Source: an uncultured Chloroflexia bacterium
Lineage (GTDB): Bacteria; Chloroflexota; Limnocylindria; Limnocylindrales; CSP1-4
Direction of reading: 5' to 3'
NCBI GenBank assembly: GCA_963813535.1
Contig: CAWEZH010000003.1
Span: forward strand, 352,001 to 416,000
Length of the DNA stretch: 64,000 nt
A program made the position numbers and the translations under genes. Below are positions 32,192 to 42,588 of the stretch, piece by piece. Positions within the stretch are counted from its first letter, which is position 1. Each line of letters opens with the position of its first letter. The notes beneath the pieces are model-generated. The model saw nothing but the letters and a program-made list of their open reading frames with translations. It ran no database searches and was not told the origin of the DNA.

Positions 32192-33919
32192 ATGACCGAC
32201 CCCGTCTCGTCCGCCGTCCAGCCGCCCATCCTCGAGCTCGGTGACGCCGCGGGCGCCTATCGGGCGACGGTCGAGCAAGCACGCGACGGGGAGTGGGCCA
32301 CCCGCCTGTTCGATCGTGACGTGACCCTCTGGACCGACGATCCCGGGATCGGGGCGGCCATCGCCGAGCGGCTCGGCTGGCTGGAAGCGCCGATCGACTT
32401 CCTGGACAACATCCCGGCGCTCGAAGGATTCGGCGACGCCATCGTCGACGCCGGGGTCACCACGGCGGTCGTGGCGGGGATGGGTGGCAGCAGCCTCGCC
32501 CCCGACGTCCTCCACCGGACCTTCGGGACGACCGAGGGCTACCTCGAGCTGCGCATCCTCGACTCCACCGACCCGCAGGCCGTCGGCGCCGTCCTCGACG
32601 ACCTCGACCCGCTCCGGACGCTGGTGATCGTGGCCAGCAAGTCCGGCACCACCGTCGAGCCCAACGCGTTCATGGCGGCCGCCTGGGACCGCGCCGAGGG
32701 CGCGCTCAAGCAGGTGCGGCACCACGTCTACGACCGGCCGGGCGAGATGTTCGTCGCGATCACCGATCCGGGCAAGAGCCTCGAGGCGATCCCGCACCGT
32801 GACGACCTCCGCGAGGTGTTCCTGAACCCGCCGGATATCGGCGGCCGGTACAGCGCGCTGACCTACGTCGGGCTCTTGCCAGCCTCGCTGATCGGGCTCG
32901 ACCTGGACGCCCTGCTGGCGTCCGCGTCGGCCATGCTCGGGGCCTGCCGGGAGCCGGACCCGGACGCCAATCCGGGCGTGTCGCTCGGCATCGCGATCGG
33001 CACGCTCGCCCGGGACGGCCGCGACAAGCTCACCTTCCTGCCCGACGACGAGATCTCGTCATTCGGTGCGTGGGCGGAACAGTTGATCGCCGAGAGCACG
33101 GGCAAGCACGGCGTGGGGATCGTGCCCGTGGACCTCGAGCCGCTCGGCCGGCCGGACAGCTACGGCGAGGACAGGGTCTTCGTCCGCCTCCGCCTCGATG
33201 GCGGCACGGATGGCGGTCGCGATGCGCTCGCGGACGCGCTCGAGGTCGCCGGCCAACCGGTCATCCGCATCACGATCCCCGATCCGATCGATCTCGGCGG
33301 CGAGTTCGTCCGTTGGGAGGTCGCGACGGCGATCGCCGGGGTCGTGCTCGGCATCGATCCGTTCGATCAGCCCAACGTCGAGGAGGCCAAGCAGCTGACC
33401 CGCGACGTCCTCGCGAAGGCGGAGCGGGGAGACGCGGCGGCGTCGGCCGTGCCCGCGATTCGCGCCGACGATGTCGCCCTGGCCGACCGCCTACGCGAGC
33501 ATCTCGCGCGTCGGGGATCGACCGCGTACCTCGCTCTCCAGGCGTTCATCGCTCCGACCAGCGACCGAAGTGAGGCCATGGCCCGCATCCGGGCGCGACT
33601 GCGCGACGCGACGCGCAACGCCACCACCGCCGGCTATGGCCCACGCTTCCTGCACTCGACCGGTCAGCTGCACAAGGGCGGTCCGCCGATCGGCTGGTTC
33701 CTCCAGCTCACGGCCGACCACCCGAACGACCGGCCGATCCCGGGATGGCCGTACACCTTCGGGCGCCTGATCGACGCCCAGGCCGATGGCGACCACGCCG
33801 CCATCGCGGCGCACGACCTGCCCGTCCTGCGAGTCAACCTCGGGGCCGACCCGGAGGCCGGGCTGGCCGCCCTGGAGCGCGCCATCGACGCGGCGCTCGA
33901 TACGACGACGGAGGGTTGA
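32192..33919 (+). CDS. pgi: Glucose-6-phosphate isomerase (Pgi type found in Tal/Pgi fusions, here stand-alone)
   Basis: GMGGSSL, SKSGTTVE, IGGRYSAL, EQLIAESTGK, PFDQPNVEEAK, GPRFLHSTGQLHKGG. Confidence 0.92.
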   Translation: MTDPVSSAVQPPILELGDAAGAYRATVEQARDGEWATRLFDRDVTLWTDDPGIGAAIAERLGWLEAPIDFLDNIPALEGFGDAIVDAGVTTAVVAGMGGSSLAPDVLHRTFGTTEGYLELRILDSTDPQAVGAVLDDLDPLRTLVIVASKSGTTVEPNAFMAAAWDRAEGALKQVRHHVYDRPGEMFVAITDPGKSLEAIPHRDDLREVFLNPPDIGGRYSALTYVGLLPASLIGLDLDALLASASAMLGACREPDPDANPGVSLGIAIGTLARDGRDKLTFLPDDEISSFGAWAEQLIAESTGKHGVGIVPVDLEPLGRPDSYGEDRVFVRLRLDGGTDGGRDALADALEVAGQPVIRITIPDPIDLGGEFVRWEVATAIAGVVLGIDPFDQPNVEEAKQLTRDVLAKAERGDAAASAVPAIRADDVALADRLREHLARRGSTAYLALQAFIAPTSDRSEAMARIRARLRDATRNATTAGYGPRFLHSTGQLHKGGPPIGWFLQLTADHPNDRPIPGWPYTFGRLIDAQADGDHAAIAAHDLPVLRVNLGADPEAGLAALERAIDAALDTTTEG

Positions 33920-33924
33920 CCCTG

Positions 33925-34830
33925 ATGCGGCTCGGCTTCATCGGTCTTGGTCGGATGGGCGCCAACATGGTGCGCCGGCTCGTCCGCGACGGGCACGAGA
34001 TCATCGTCTACAACCGGACGCCGGAGAAGGCGAGGGAGATCGAGGCCGAGGACGAAGGAGCCAAGGCGACCTTCTCGATCGCGGAGCTCGTGGCCGCGCT
34101 GGAGAAGCCGCGGGCCGTCTGGGTCATGGTCCCTGCCGGCGACGCCACGGAGGCGCAGATCGAGGAGCTGCTCGAGCACCTCGAGCCGGGCGATACGATC
34201 ATCGACGGGGGCAACACCAACTTCCATGACGACGTTCGGCGCCACGCCGCGCTGAAGGAGAAAGGCATCCACTACGTCGATGCCGGGACGTCGGGCGGGA
34301 TCTGGGGTCTGCAGGTGGGCTACTGCCTGATGGTCGGCGGCGATCGCGAGGCGGTAGAACCGCTCGAGCCGATCTTCACCGTGCTGGCCCCGGCCGGCGG
34401 CTATCTCCACGTCGGCGGCCCGGGCGCGGGCCACTACGTGAAGATGGTCCACAACGGCATCGAGTACGGGCTCATGCAGGCCTACGCCGAAGGCTTCGAG
34501 ATCATGCACGCGAGCGACTACGACCTCGACCTGGCGGCCGTCTCCGAGCTGTGGATGCAGGGCAGCGTCGTCCGATCGTGGCTGCTCGAGCTGCTGGGCC
34601 GGGCATTCAAGTCGAACGGCCAGGACCTCGAGCACCTCAAGGGCTGGGTCGCCGATTCGGGCGAGGGCCGCTGGACGGTCCAGGAGGCCATCGACCGCGA
34701 CGTCCCGGCGCCCGTCATCACGCTCTCGCTCCTGACCCGCTTCCGCTCCCGCCAGGACGACTCGTACGGAGGCAAGGTCCTCGCGGCTCTCCGCAACGAA
34801 TTCGGCGGCCACGCGGTGAAGACGGAGTAG
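33925..34830 (+). CDS. gnd: 6-phosphogluconate dehydrogenase (decarboxylating, short form)
   Basis: GFIGLGRMG, IIDGGN, DAGTSGG, GHYVKMVHNGIEYG, ALRNEFGGH. Confidence 0.97.
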   Translation: MRLGFIGLGRMGANMVRRLVRDGHEIIVYNRTPEKAREIEAEDEGAKATFSIAELVAALEKPRAVWVMVPAGDATEAQIEELLEHLEPGDTIIDGGNTNFHDDVRRHAALKEKGIHYVDAGTSGGIWGLQVGYCLMVGGDREAVEPLEPIFTVLAPAGGYLHVGGPGAGHYVKMVHNGIEYGLMQAYAEGFEIMHASDYDLDLAAVSELWMQGSVVRSWLLELLGRAFKSNGQDLEHLKGWVADSGEGRWTVQEAIDRDVPAPVITLSLLTRFRSRQDDSYGGKVLAALRNEFGGHAVKTE

Positions 34831-34841
34831 GGGGCGGACCC

Positions 34842-36527
34842 GTGGCCGCGACGAAAGCGCCCGCCAAGGACCCGGCGCCGTCCGAAGCGCCGCCGGACGA
34901 GCACATCCCTGCCCAACCCGCGCCGCGTCCCAAGGACGCCCCGACGACGATGCGCGAGCTGCGCGAGTCGCGGCAGGGCAAGCGACCGTCCCGCGCCAAG
35001 CCCACGGAGAACGTCCTGCGCGAAGGCCTGCGCCTCGAACGCGTGCCGGACCCGGCGATCCTCGTGCTCTTCGGGGCGACCGGCGACCTCGCCCATCGCA
35101 AGGTCATCCCGGCGCTCTATCACCTGTGGCGGAACAACCTGCTGCCGCATGAATTCGTGCTGCTCGCGATCGGCCGGCGATCGTTCGACGACGACAGCTT
35201 CCGAGACGAGGTCAGGAAGTCGCTCGAAGAGTTCAGTCGCGTCCTGCCGCTGGACGAGCCTGCGTGGCGCGCGTTCAGCAAGCGGATCCACTACCAGGTG
35301 CTCGACTTCGGCGATCCGAGCGGCTTCGACGCGCTGCCGGCCACCCTTGACGAGTACGACACGGCCGATGGCACGCGCGGGAACCGCCTGTACTACCTCG
35401 CGACCCAGCCGTCGCAGTTCGCCGAGATCGTCACGCAGCTCGGGCGGGTCGGCCTGGACCACGAGCGGCACGACGGTGGTTGGCGGCGGACCGTGATCGA
35501 GAAGCCGTTCGGGTACGACCTCGAGTCGGCCAAGAAGCTGAACCGTGATATCGGCAAGGTCTTCCGCGAGTCGCAGGTCTATCGCATCGACCACTACCTC
35601 GGTAAGGAGACGGTCCGCAACCTGCTGGTCTTCCGCTTCGGGAACGGGATCTTCGAACCGCTGTGGAACCGGCGCTACGTCGATCACGTGCAGATCACGG
35701 TGGCCGAGTCGATCGGGATCGAAAGCCGGGGCCGGTTCTACGAGGAGACCGGGGCGGTCCGCGACGTCCTCCAGAACCACCTGCTGCAGCTCGTCAGTCT
35801 CGTGGCGATGGAACCGCCGGCGACCTTCGAGGCCAACGCCCTGCGCGACGAGAAGGTCAAGGTCCTGCGTGCCATCGGGACCCACCCGGCCGACCCGGCG
35901 ACGGAGGTGGTACGGGGCCAGTACGGGCCCGGCTGGGTCGCGGGGCAGCCGGTCCCGGGCTATCGCGAGGAGCCCGAGGTCGACCCCGAATCAGAGACCG
36001 AGACCTACGTCGCTGCCCGACTCACGATCGACGACTGGCGCTGGTCGGGTGTCCCGTTCTACGTCCGGACCGGCAAGCACCTTCCCAAGCGCTCGACCGA
36101 GATCGCGATCCAGTTCCGCGCGGTCCCGCACCACCTCTTCCGCGACACGGCCGCGGAACCTGATGCGAATCTGCTGGCGATGCGCATCCAGCCGGACGAG
36201 GGCATCATGCTGCGCTTCGGGGCCAAGGTCCCGGGTCTCGGGCTCGACGTCCGATCGGTGACGATGGATTTCACCTACGGCTCGGCGTTCAGCGTCGACT
36301 CCCCGGACGCGTACGAGACGCTCATCCTCGACGCCCTCCAGGGCGATGCGTCGCTGTTCACCCGCGCCGACGAGGTCGAGGAGGCGTGGGGCATCGTCGA
36401 CCCGTACATCCAGGCATGGGCGAATGGCCCGCCGCCCGACTTCCCGAATTACGAAGCGGGCACCTGGGGGCCGGCCGCATCCGATGAGATGCTGGCTCGC
36501 GAGGGCCGCCGATGGAGGCGGATCTGA
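34842..36527 (+). CDS. zwf: Glucose-6-phosphate 1-dehydrogenase
   Basis: FGATGDLA, IEKPFG, RIDHYLGKETV, RDVLQNHL, AYETLILD. Confidence 0.97.
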   Translation: MAATKAPAKDPAPSEAPPDEHIPAQPAPRPKDAPTTMRELRESRQGKRPSRAKPTENVLREGLRLERVPDPAILVLFGATGDLAHRKVIPALYHLWRNNLLPHEFVLLAIGRRSFDDDSFRDEVRKSLEEFSRVLPLDEPAWRAFSKRIHYQVLDFGDPSGFDALPATLDEYDTADGTRGNRLYYLATQPSQFAEIVTQLGRVGLDHERHDGGWRRTVIEKPFGYDLESAKKLNRDIGKVFRESQVYRIDHYLGKETVRNLLVFRFGNGIFEPLWNRRYVDHVQITVAESIGIESRGRFYEETGAVRDVLQNHLLQLVSLVAMEPPATFEANALRDEKVKVLRAIGTHPADPATEVVRGQYGPGWVAGQPVPGYREEPEVDPESETETYVAARLTIDDWRWSGVPFYVRTGKHLPKRSTEIAIQFRAVPHHLFRDTAAEPDANLLAMRIQPDEGIMLRFGAKVPGLGLDVRSVTMDFTYGSAFSVDSPDAYETLILDALQGDASLFTRADEVEEAWGIVDPYIQAWANGPPPDFPNYEAGTWGPAASDEMLAREGRRWRRI

Positions 36528-36531
36528 TGCG

Positions 36532-37798
36532 ATGACCGCCGCCGCCGAGCCGATCGCCGTCAACGAGCCGGTCCTGCGCTGGTCGGCGCGCGCTCGAAGC
36601 ATCGCCGACGTCGAGAAGGAACTGGCACGGATCTGGGCGAAGCAGGACCTGACGACCGAGGTCGATGGCCAGCCGGGTCGCCATGTCGCCGCGCGCACGA
36701 GCGTGATGAACCTCGTCGTGATCGCTCGGCGGCCCGAGATCGCGGAACGCGGAGCGGCCACGATCCAGGCCCTCACCGGCAAGCATCCCTCGCGGACGAT
36801 CGTCGTCCAGTCGGCCGACCCGGATGGCCCATCCTGGATCGACGCTCGCGTCGAAGCGCACTGCATCATGCCGCGAGAAGATGCTCCCGAGACGTGTGCC
36901 GAGACCATCCACCTGACCGCGGGCGGCGAGGCGGGCCGTCATCTCGCTGCGATCGTCACGCCGTTGGTGATCCACGACCTGCCGGTCACGGTCTGGTGGC
37001 CGGGCGAGCCGCCATTCGCCTCGCGAGCCTCGCTCGACCTGTTCAAGGCGGCCGACCGCCTGGTCGTCGACGGCTCGACGTGGAACGGCGACGGGCTCGC
37101 CCGACTCGGGGAGCTGGCCGCGACCGCGGAAACGACCGAGATCGCGGTGAGCGACTTCGCCATGGTCCGCCAGTCTCGCTGGCGCGAGGCGATCGCGTCG
37201 ATCTTCGACGACCCGGACTTCCTGCCGTACCTCCGCTCGCTGCGGCGCATCGCGGTCACGTACGCGACACACGACGAGTCCGGCGCCCCTGGCTCGACCA
37301 ACCTCGTCAAGCCCGTGTACCACGTCGCGTGGCTGGCGTCGCGCCTCGGGTTCAGCGTCGTCAAGCCGCTGGCGCTTGTCACAGGCGGCGGTCACGCGCC
37401 GGCGTCGAAGGCGCGGTCTGGGTCGGGCACACGCCCGGCCGTGAGTCGCGGGATGGCGGCGACGCTGTCCGACGGCCGCGCCGAGGTGGGCATCGTGATC
37501 CGTCCGGTCGTCTCGCCGATGCCGTCTGGGACCACCCTGCGTATCGAGCTGCTGTGCGATCGGCGGGGGTCCGAGCTGCGGGCGGACGTCACGGCCGAAG
37601 CCGAGACCGTCCACGTCCGGGTGTGGCAGGACGGCGTCGAGTGCCTGGAGCGGCACTTCCTCGCCGCCCGGCGCGGCGACGTCGATCTCCTCGCCGAAGC
37701 GATCGAAGCGGGCCGCCGCGACCTCGTCTCGGCCGGGACCTTGCGGATGGCAGCCAAGCTGGTCGACGGCGGATCCGAAAGGGGCGCGCGCGTCGTGA
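36532..37798 (+). CDS. opcA: G6PDH assembly protein OpcA (3' end obscured by an indel)
   Basis: Follows zwf; ARTSVMNLVV, HPSRTIVV, LPVTVWWPGEP, DRLVVD, SRWREAIASIFD. Confidence 0.85.
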
Positions 37799-38596
37799 GC
37801 GGGACCCGAGATCGTCGTCGTTCCGGATGCTGCGGAGGCCTCGCGCCGGGCGGCCGAGGTGATCGCCGGGGCCCTCCGGGAGCGGGTCGCGGCGGTGGGC
37901 CGCGCCGACTGGGTGACGACCGGCGGTTCGACACCGATCGGCGTCTACAACCAGATGGTCGAGATGGGACCCGGAGCCATCCCATGGGATGCAGTCCACA
38001 CCTGGTGGGGCGACGAGCGGTTCGTCCCGGCCGACCATCCCCTCTCGAACGCCCGCCCGTTCGAGGACATCCTTCTCGAGGCAGGAGCATGGGAGAGCGG
38101 CCATTCGGACGACGATCGCGGCCGTACGCTCGTACCCGCCGCGAACGTCCATCCGTTCCGGACGGGCAGAGCGATCGGGGCTGATGGCAGCGCCGACGAC
38201 TGTGCAGCGTGGCTCGAGGAGGAGCTTCGCTCGGCCGAGCTGGAGGAGCGCGACGGATGGCCCGTGTTCGACCTCATGTTCGTCGGGGTCGGGGGCGATG
38301 GCCACATCCTCTCGGTGTTCCCCGGGTCGTCGGCGTTCGACTCGACGCGCTGGGCGATGGCCATCCCGGCCCCGACCCACATCGAGCCGCACGTCCCCAG
38401 GGTGACGCTGAACCCGGCGACCGTCGGCGTGGCGAGGCGCGTCCTGGCCGTCGTGCTGGGTGGATCCAAGTCGGAGGTGGTCGGGCGGCTATTCGATGGG
38501 GAACGGGACCCGGCCGCACTGCCAGCGCAGCTCGCGATCCGCGACGGGGCGACCTGGATCCTCGACGAGGCCGCCGCCGCCGACCTGCGACGGTGA
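37795..38596 (+). CDS. pgl: 6-phosphogluconolactonase (indel near the 5' end)
   Basis: TGGSTP, WWGDERFVPADHPLSN, GVGGDGHILSVFP, PRVTL. N-terminus reconstructs as MSGPEIVVVPDA from GTG 37795 by removing one base. Confidence 0.9.
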
Positions 38597-39066
38597 CGGC
38601 CGCCGCCGCCGAGCGGCTGGTCATCCGGCGCGCGACCGCAGACGACGCGACCGGCATCGGCGATGTGTGGCTCACGTCCTGGCGCGCGACCTTCGACTTC
38701 CCGCCGTCCCACCCCGACGACGACGTGCGGCGCTGGCTGAGCCAGGAGCTCGTGCCACGGTCAGAAGCGTGGGTCGCCACCGATCCGACCGCCGACGGCC
38801 GGGTGGTGGCGCTGATGGCACTGTCCGACGACAAGGTCGAGCAGCTGTACGTCGCGCCCGACTGGATCGGACATGGGGTCGGGCGGCGGCTGATCGAGCT
38901 CGCAAAGCGTCGGCGTCCGGAGGCCATCGAGCTGTATTGCTTCCAGGTCAATGCCCGGGCGCGGCGGTTCTACGAGCATCACGGGTTCGTGCCGGTCCGG
39001 TACGGCGACGGGTCGGCCAACGAAGAGCGCCAGCCGGACGTGCTCTATCGATGGCAGCCGAGCTGA
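38593..39066 (+). CDS. GNAT family N-acetyltransferase
   Basis: IRRATADD, EQLYVAPDWIGHGVGRRLI, NARARRFYEHHGF; GTGA overlap with pgl. Confidence 0.9.
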   Translation: MTAAAAERLVIRRATADDATGIGDVWLTSWRATFDFPPSHPDDDVRRWLSQELVPRSEAWVATDPTADGRVVALMALSDDKVEQLYVAPDWIGHGVGRRLIELAKRRRPEAIELYCFQVNARARRFYEHHGFVPVRYGDGSANEERQPDVLYRWQPS

Positions 39067-39881
39067 CGTCGACGCCCGCCCGGGTCGTCGCGTCGCGCGA
39101 TGGGACGCCGATCGCGGTCTTCAGCAGCGGTGATGGCCCGCCGCTCGTCCTGGTCCACGGTGCGGCCGCCGACCACACCACGTTCCGGGTCATCGGCCCA
39201 CGGCTCGCCAGCCGCTACACGGTCCACGCGATCGACCGGCGGGGTCGCGGCCGGTCGGGCGACACGCTGCCCTACGAGATCGAACGCGAGTTCGAGGACG
39301 TGGCCGCCGTCGCGGAGTCGGTCGCCAAGGGAACCGCGGGCGGCGTCGCCGTGATCGGTCATTCCTACGGCGGGCGCTGTGCCTTGGGCGCGGCGCTCTT
39401 GACCGATGCCATCGACCGGGTCGTGTCCTACGAAGGAGCACCGACCCCGCCGGGCGTGGAGTACGGCGACGCGACGTTGGCCGACGAGCTCGCGACGCTC
39501 GCCGCGGCCGGCCAGGACGACCTCGTGCTGGAGACGTTCGTCCGCCGCGTGGTCGGCATGGATGACGCGGCCATCGCCGCCTATCGCGCCGATCCGGTGT
39601 GGCCGCTGCGAGTCGCCGCGGCGCACACCATCCCGCGCGAGCTCGTCGCCGAAGGCCGCGCGGGCGCCGCTGGTCTCGACGTCCTGGCTCGGGTCCGTCA
39701 ACCGGTGCTCCAGGTGCTCGGCGGCGACAGCCTGCCGTCGTTCGCCGAGGCCACGACGGCATTGCACGACCGGCTCATCGACGGCCGGATCGTGGTCATC
39801 CCGGGCGCCCGCCACGCCGCCCACCACACCCATCCCGACGCGTTGATCGAGGCGATCGACACGTTCCTGGCCGGCGGCTGA
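39051..39881 (+). CDS. Alpha/beta fold hydrolase
   Basis: PPLVLVHG, DRRGRGRSGD, GHSYGG, C-terminal His. Confidence 0.9.
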   Translation: MAAELTSTPARVVASRDGTPIAVFSSGDGPPLVLVHGAAADHTTFRVIGPRLASRYTVHAIDRRGRGRSGDTLPYEIEREFEDVAAVAESVAKGTAGGVAVIGHSYGGRCALGAALLTDAIDRVVSYEGAPTPPGVEYGDATLADELATLAAAGQDDLVLETFVRRVVGMDDAAIAAYRADPVWPLRVAAAHTIPRELVAEGRAGAAGLDVLARVRQPVLQVLGGDSLPSFAEATTALHDRLIDGRIVVIPGARHAAHHTHPDALIEAIDTFLAGG

Positions 39882-39918
39882 ACCACGTCGACAGGTGTGA
39901 GCGTGGGATACTCGGAAC

Positions 39919-40179
39919 ATGCCTGACTTCGGCCTCATCGAGTGGATCGTCGTCGGTCTGATCGCCGGGGCGATCTCCGGCGCCGTCGTCGGCGGGCGGA
40001 CGGCGCGGGGCTGCCTGCCCAACATCGTGGTCGGCATCGTCGGTGGTGTCATCGGCGGCTGGCTGGCCCAGCAGATGGGCTTCGGGCCGGTGAACGGGCT
40101 GATCGCGGTCATCGTCGTCGCGACGCTCGGGTCGATCGTCGTACGGCTCATCCTCAACGCCATGGACGGCAGGTCGTGA
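39919..40179 (+). CDS. GlsB/YeaQ/YmgE (transglycosylase-associated) membrane protein
   Basis: WIVVGLIAGAI...NIVVGIVGGVIGGWL...VATLGSIV. Confidence 0.88.
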   Translation: MPDFGLIEWIVVGLIAGAISGAVVGGRTARGCLPNIVVGIVGGVIGGWLAQQMGFGPVNGLIAVIVVATLGSIVVRLILNAMDGRS

Positions 40180-41312
40180 CCGATTCGCCGCCGGCCGACG
40201 CTCCGACCGAGACCTCGGTCCAGGCGACACGGCCCTACTCCCCGGGCCTCGAGGGCGTCATCGCCGGCGAGACCAGCCTCTCGTACATCGACGGTGCGGC
40301 GGGTCGCCTGCTGTACCGCGGGTACCGCATCGGCGACCTCGTCGAGCGCGGCACCTACCCAGCCGTCGCGAACCTGCTCTGGACCGGGGAGTGGGACGCG
40401 TCGCACCGTCTCGCGACCGCCCCCGTGCCGCCGACCGTCCTCGACGTGCTTCGGGCGATGCCAGCGGATACGAAGCCGATGGACGCGCTGCGGACCGCGG
40501 TCTCGGCGTGGGGCGCCACGCAGGACCTGCCCTGGCCGCCGACCGTGGAGCAGGCACGGGCGCTGACGGCCTTCTCGCCGTCGGCGCTCGCGGCGTTCGC
40601 GCGGATGCGATCCGGCAAGGACCCCATCGAGCCCGACCCGGAGCTGGGCCTCACGGCCGGCTTCCTGTACCAGCTCACCGGGGAGCGGCCCGAGCCTGGC
40701 ACCGCCCGGGCGCTGGATGCCTACTTCATCGTCGGTGCCGAGCACAGCTTCAACGCCTCCACGTTCACGGCACGCGTCATCGCGTCGACCCGCTCGGATA
40801 TCGCCTCGGCGGTGGCGGGAGCGATCGGGACGATGAAGGGACCACTCCACGGCGGCGCCCCGTCGGAGGTGGTCGACCAGCTGTCACAGGTCGGTTCGGC
40901 CGAGCACGCCGAGGCATGGATCCGCGAGACGCTCGAGAAGGGCGAACGCCTCATGGGCTTCGGGCACCGCGTGTACCGCGCATACGACCCACGGGCCGCG
41001 GCGCTGCGCACCGTCGCGGAGGGCATGGAGCACAAGCCGGAGTGGCTCAAGCTGGCGACCGAGGTCGAGGATGTCGCGCTGCGGATCCTCGCGGAGAAGC
41101 ACCCCGAACGACCGATCCGGACCAATGTGGAGTTCTACGCGGCGCCCGTCCTCATGGGCGTCGGGCTGTCGCCCGACCTGTTCCCGGCCACGTTCTCGCT
41201 TTCGCGCCACGCCGGCTGGACGGCCCACGTCCTCGAGCAGGCCGCCAACAACCGACTGATCCGGCCGGACGTGAACTACGTCGGCCCAGACGAGCGCGAC
41301 CTCCCGGGTTGA
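40176..41312 (+). CDS. Citrate synthase / 2-methylcitrate synthase family (CitA-like)
   Basis: PGLEGVIA, LLYRGY, EHSFNASTF, GPLHGGA, MGFGHRVY..YDPRA, NVEFY. Confidence 0.93.
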   Translation: MTDSPPADAPTETSVQATRPYSPGLEGVIAGETSLSYIDGAAGRLLYRGYRIGDLVERGTYPAVANLLWTGEWDASHRLATAPVPPTVLDVLRAMPADTKPMDALRTAVSAWGATQDLPWPPTVEQARALTAFSPSALAAFARMRSGKDPIEPDPELGLTAGFLYQLTGERPEPGTARALDAYFIVGAEHSFNASTFTARVIASTRSDIASAVAGAIGTMKGPLHGGAPSEVVDQLSQVGSAEHAEAWIRETLEKGERLMGFGHRVYRAYDPRAAALRTVAEGMEHKPEWLKLATEVEDVALRILAEKHPERPIRTNVEFYAAPVLMGVGLSPDLFPATFSLSRHAGWTAHVLEQAANNRLIRPDVNYVGPDERDLPG

Positions 41313-41316
41313 CCCG

Positions 41317-42426
41317 TCACCCGGCCGGAGCGGTCTCCAGCGCCCGGCCACGACGCGCGGCGGTCGCTCGCTCCACGATGCGGTCGACGACATACGCCGC
41401 GTCGCGGGATGCGCCGTCGATGAGCATCGACGTGAGGCCGTACTGGAAGGGGACGCCGAGGAAATACAGCCCGGTCGTCGATGCGACGCCGCGATGCTGG
41501 ATCGGCCATCCGTCGGCGGCGAGCTCGGCAGGCTCGACCCAGGCGTAGTCGGGTCGGAAACCCGTCGCCCAGATGACGTTCGCGACGTCCACGACGGCAC
41601 CATCCTCGAGGACCGGCATGCCGTCACGCACACCCGAGATCCTGGCCCCGTGCAGCTCTACGCCCGCCTGCCAGAGCTCGGATCGGCGCACACGCAGCAG
41701 GGGTGCCGGGAGCACGCGCGAGGTCGCCGACGCTCGACGGCCGATCGGCGTGCGGATCGTGAGCACGTGCTGCTCGACGAACGCGAGTAGTGGCAGGAAC
41801 AGTCGAGCACGCCACGTGTCGAGCACGGGGAACGGCAGTTCGCCGTGCGGCGTGCCGGAGAGGATCGTCCGATGGGTGGCGGCCACCTCGAACGCGATGT
41901 CAGCCCCGGAGTGCCCGACCCCGACGACCAGGACCGGCCCGTCGGCGAGCTGTGACCGGTTTCGATACTCGCTGGAGTGGATCTGACGGATCGCCGGGTC
42001 GAGCCGACCGGCGACGTCCGGGATCCTCGGCCGCGAGAACGCGCCGGTCGCCACGATCACCTGGCGCGCCCGGATCCGGCCGACGGGCAGCACCGCGATC
42101 AGGTCGTCGCTGCCGTCCTCCGACCGGATCAGGCGCTCGATCCGCGTGTCCATCCGGACGGGGAACCTGGACGCGGCCGCGTACGCCTCGAGGTAGTCCC
42201 CCATCTGGCGTCCCGTCGGGGAGCTCCATCCCGGCGCGGGGAACGGCATGCCCGGGAGCGCGTCCCAGCGAGCCGGACTGAACAGACGAAGCGAGTCATA
42301 GCGGTGACGCCACTGGTCGCCGATCCGCTCGCTCGCATCGACGATGAGGAACGAACGGCCGTGCCTCGACAGGTGGTAGGCCGCAGCCAGGCCCGTCTGC
42401 CCCGCGCCGATGATCAATGTGTCCAC
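41317..42426 (-). CDS. Flavin-containing monooxygenase / CzcO-like oxidoreductase
   Basis: IIGAGQTG, WRHRYDSLRLF, VATG, HSSEYRN, VVGVGHSGADIA, WATGFRP. Confidence 0.9.
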   Translation of the reverse strand: MDTLIIGAGQTGLAAAYHLSRHGRSFLIVDASERIGDQWRHRYDSLRLFSPARWDALPGMPFPAPGWSSPTGRQMGDYLEAYAAASRFPVRMDTRIERLIRSEDGSDDLIAVLPVGRIRARQVIVATGAFSRPRIPDVAGRLDPAIRQIHSSEYRNRSQLADGPVLVVGVGHSGADIAFEVAATHRTILSGTPHGELPFPVLDTWRARLFLPLLAFVEQHVLTIRTPIGRRASATSRVLPAPLLRVRRSELWQAGVELHGARISGVRDGMPVLEDGAVVDVANVIWATGFRPDYAWVEPAELAADGWPIQHRGVASTTGLYFLGVPFQYGLTSMLIDGASRDAAYVVDRIVERATAARRGRALETAPAG

Positions 42427-42534
42427 TCGTTCGGGTGCGCTCGGTCGGATCCACGCTGGCCTCCCGCTGTCTGTCGGAGGCGACCGACAGGGCCGGTCGC
42501 CGTCGACGACGCTAGGCGCGCGCGGGCGGACGGC

Positions 42535-42579
42535 GCATCCGCCGAACTACCCAAAGTGTTCGCCGACGACGAATGGGTA
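42535..42579 (-). promoter_or_regulatory. Probable operator of the adjacent LuxR-family regulator
   Basis: TACCCA-N20-TGGGTA inverted repeat (42548..42579) between the regulator stop and the oxidoreductase start. Confidence 0.4.
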
Positions 42580-42588
42580 CCGGGCGGG

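Noticed and set aside
40176-41312. Inactive citrate synthase because NVDF reads NVEF
   Set aside because: Glu at this position is known in CitA-type citrate synthases, and the other catalytic His/Arg motifs are intact.
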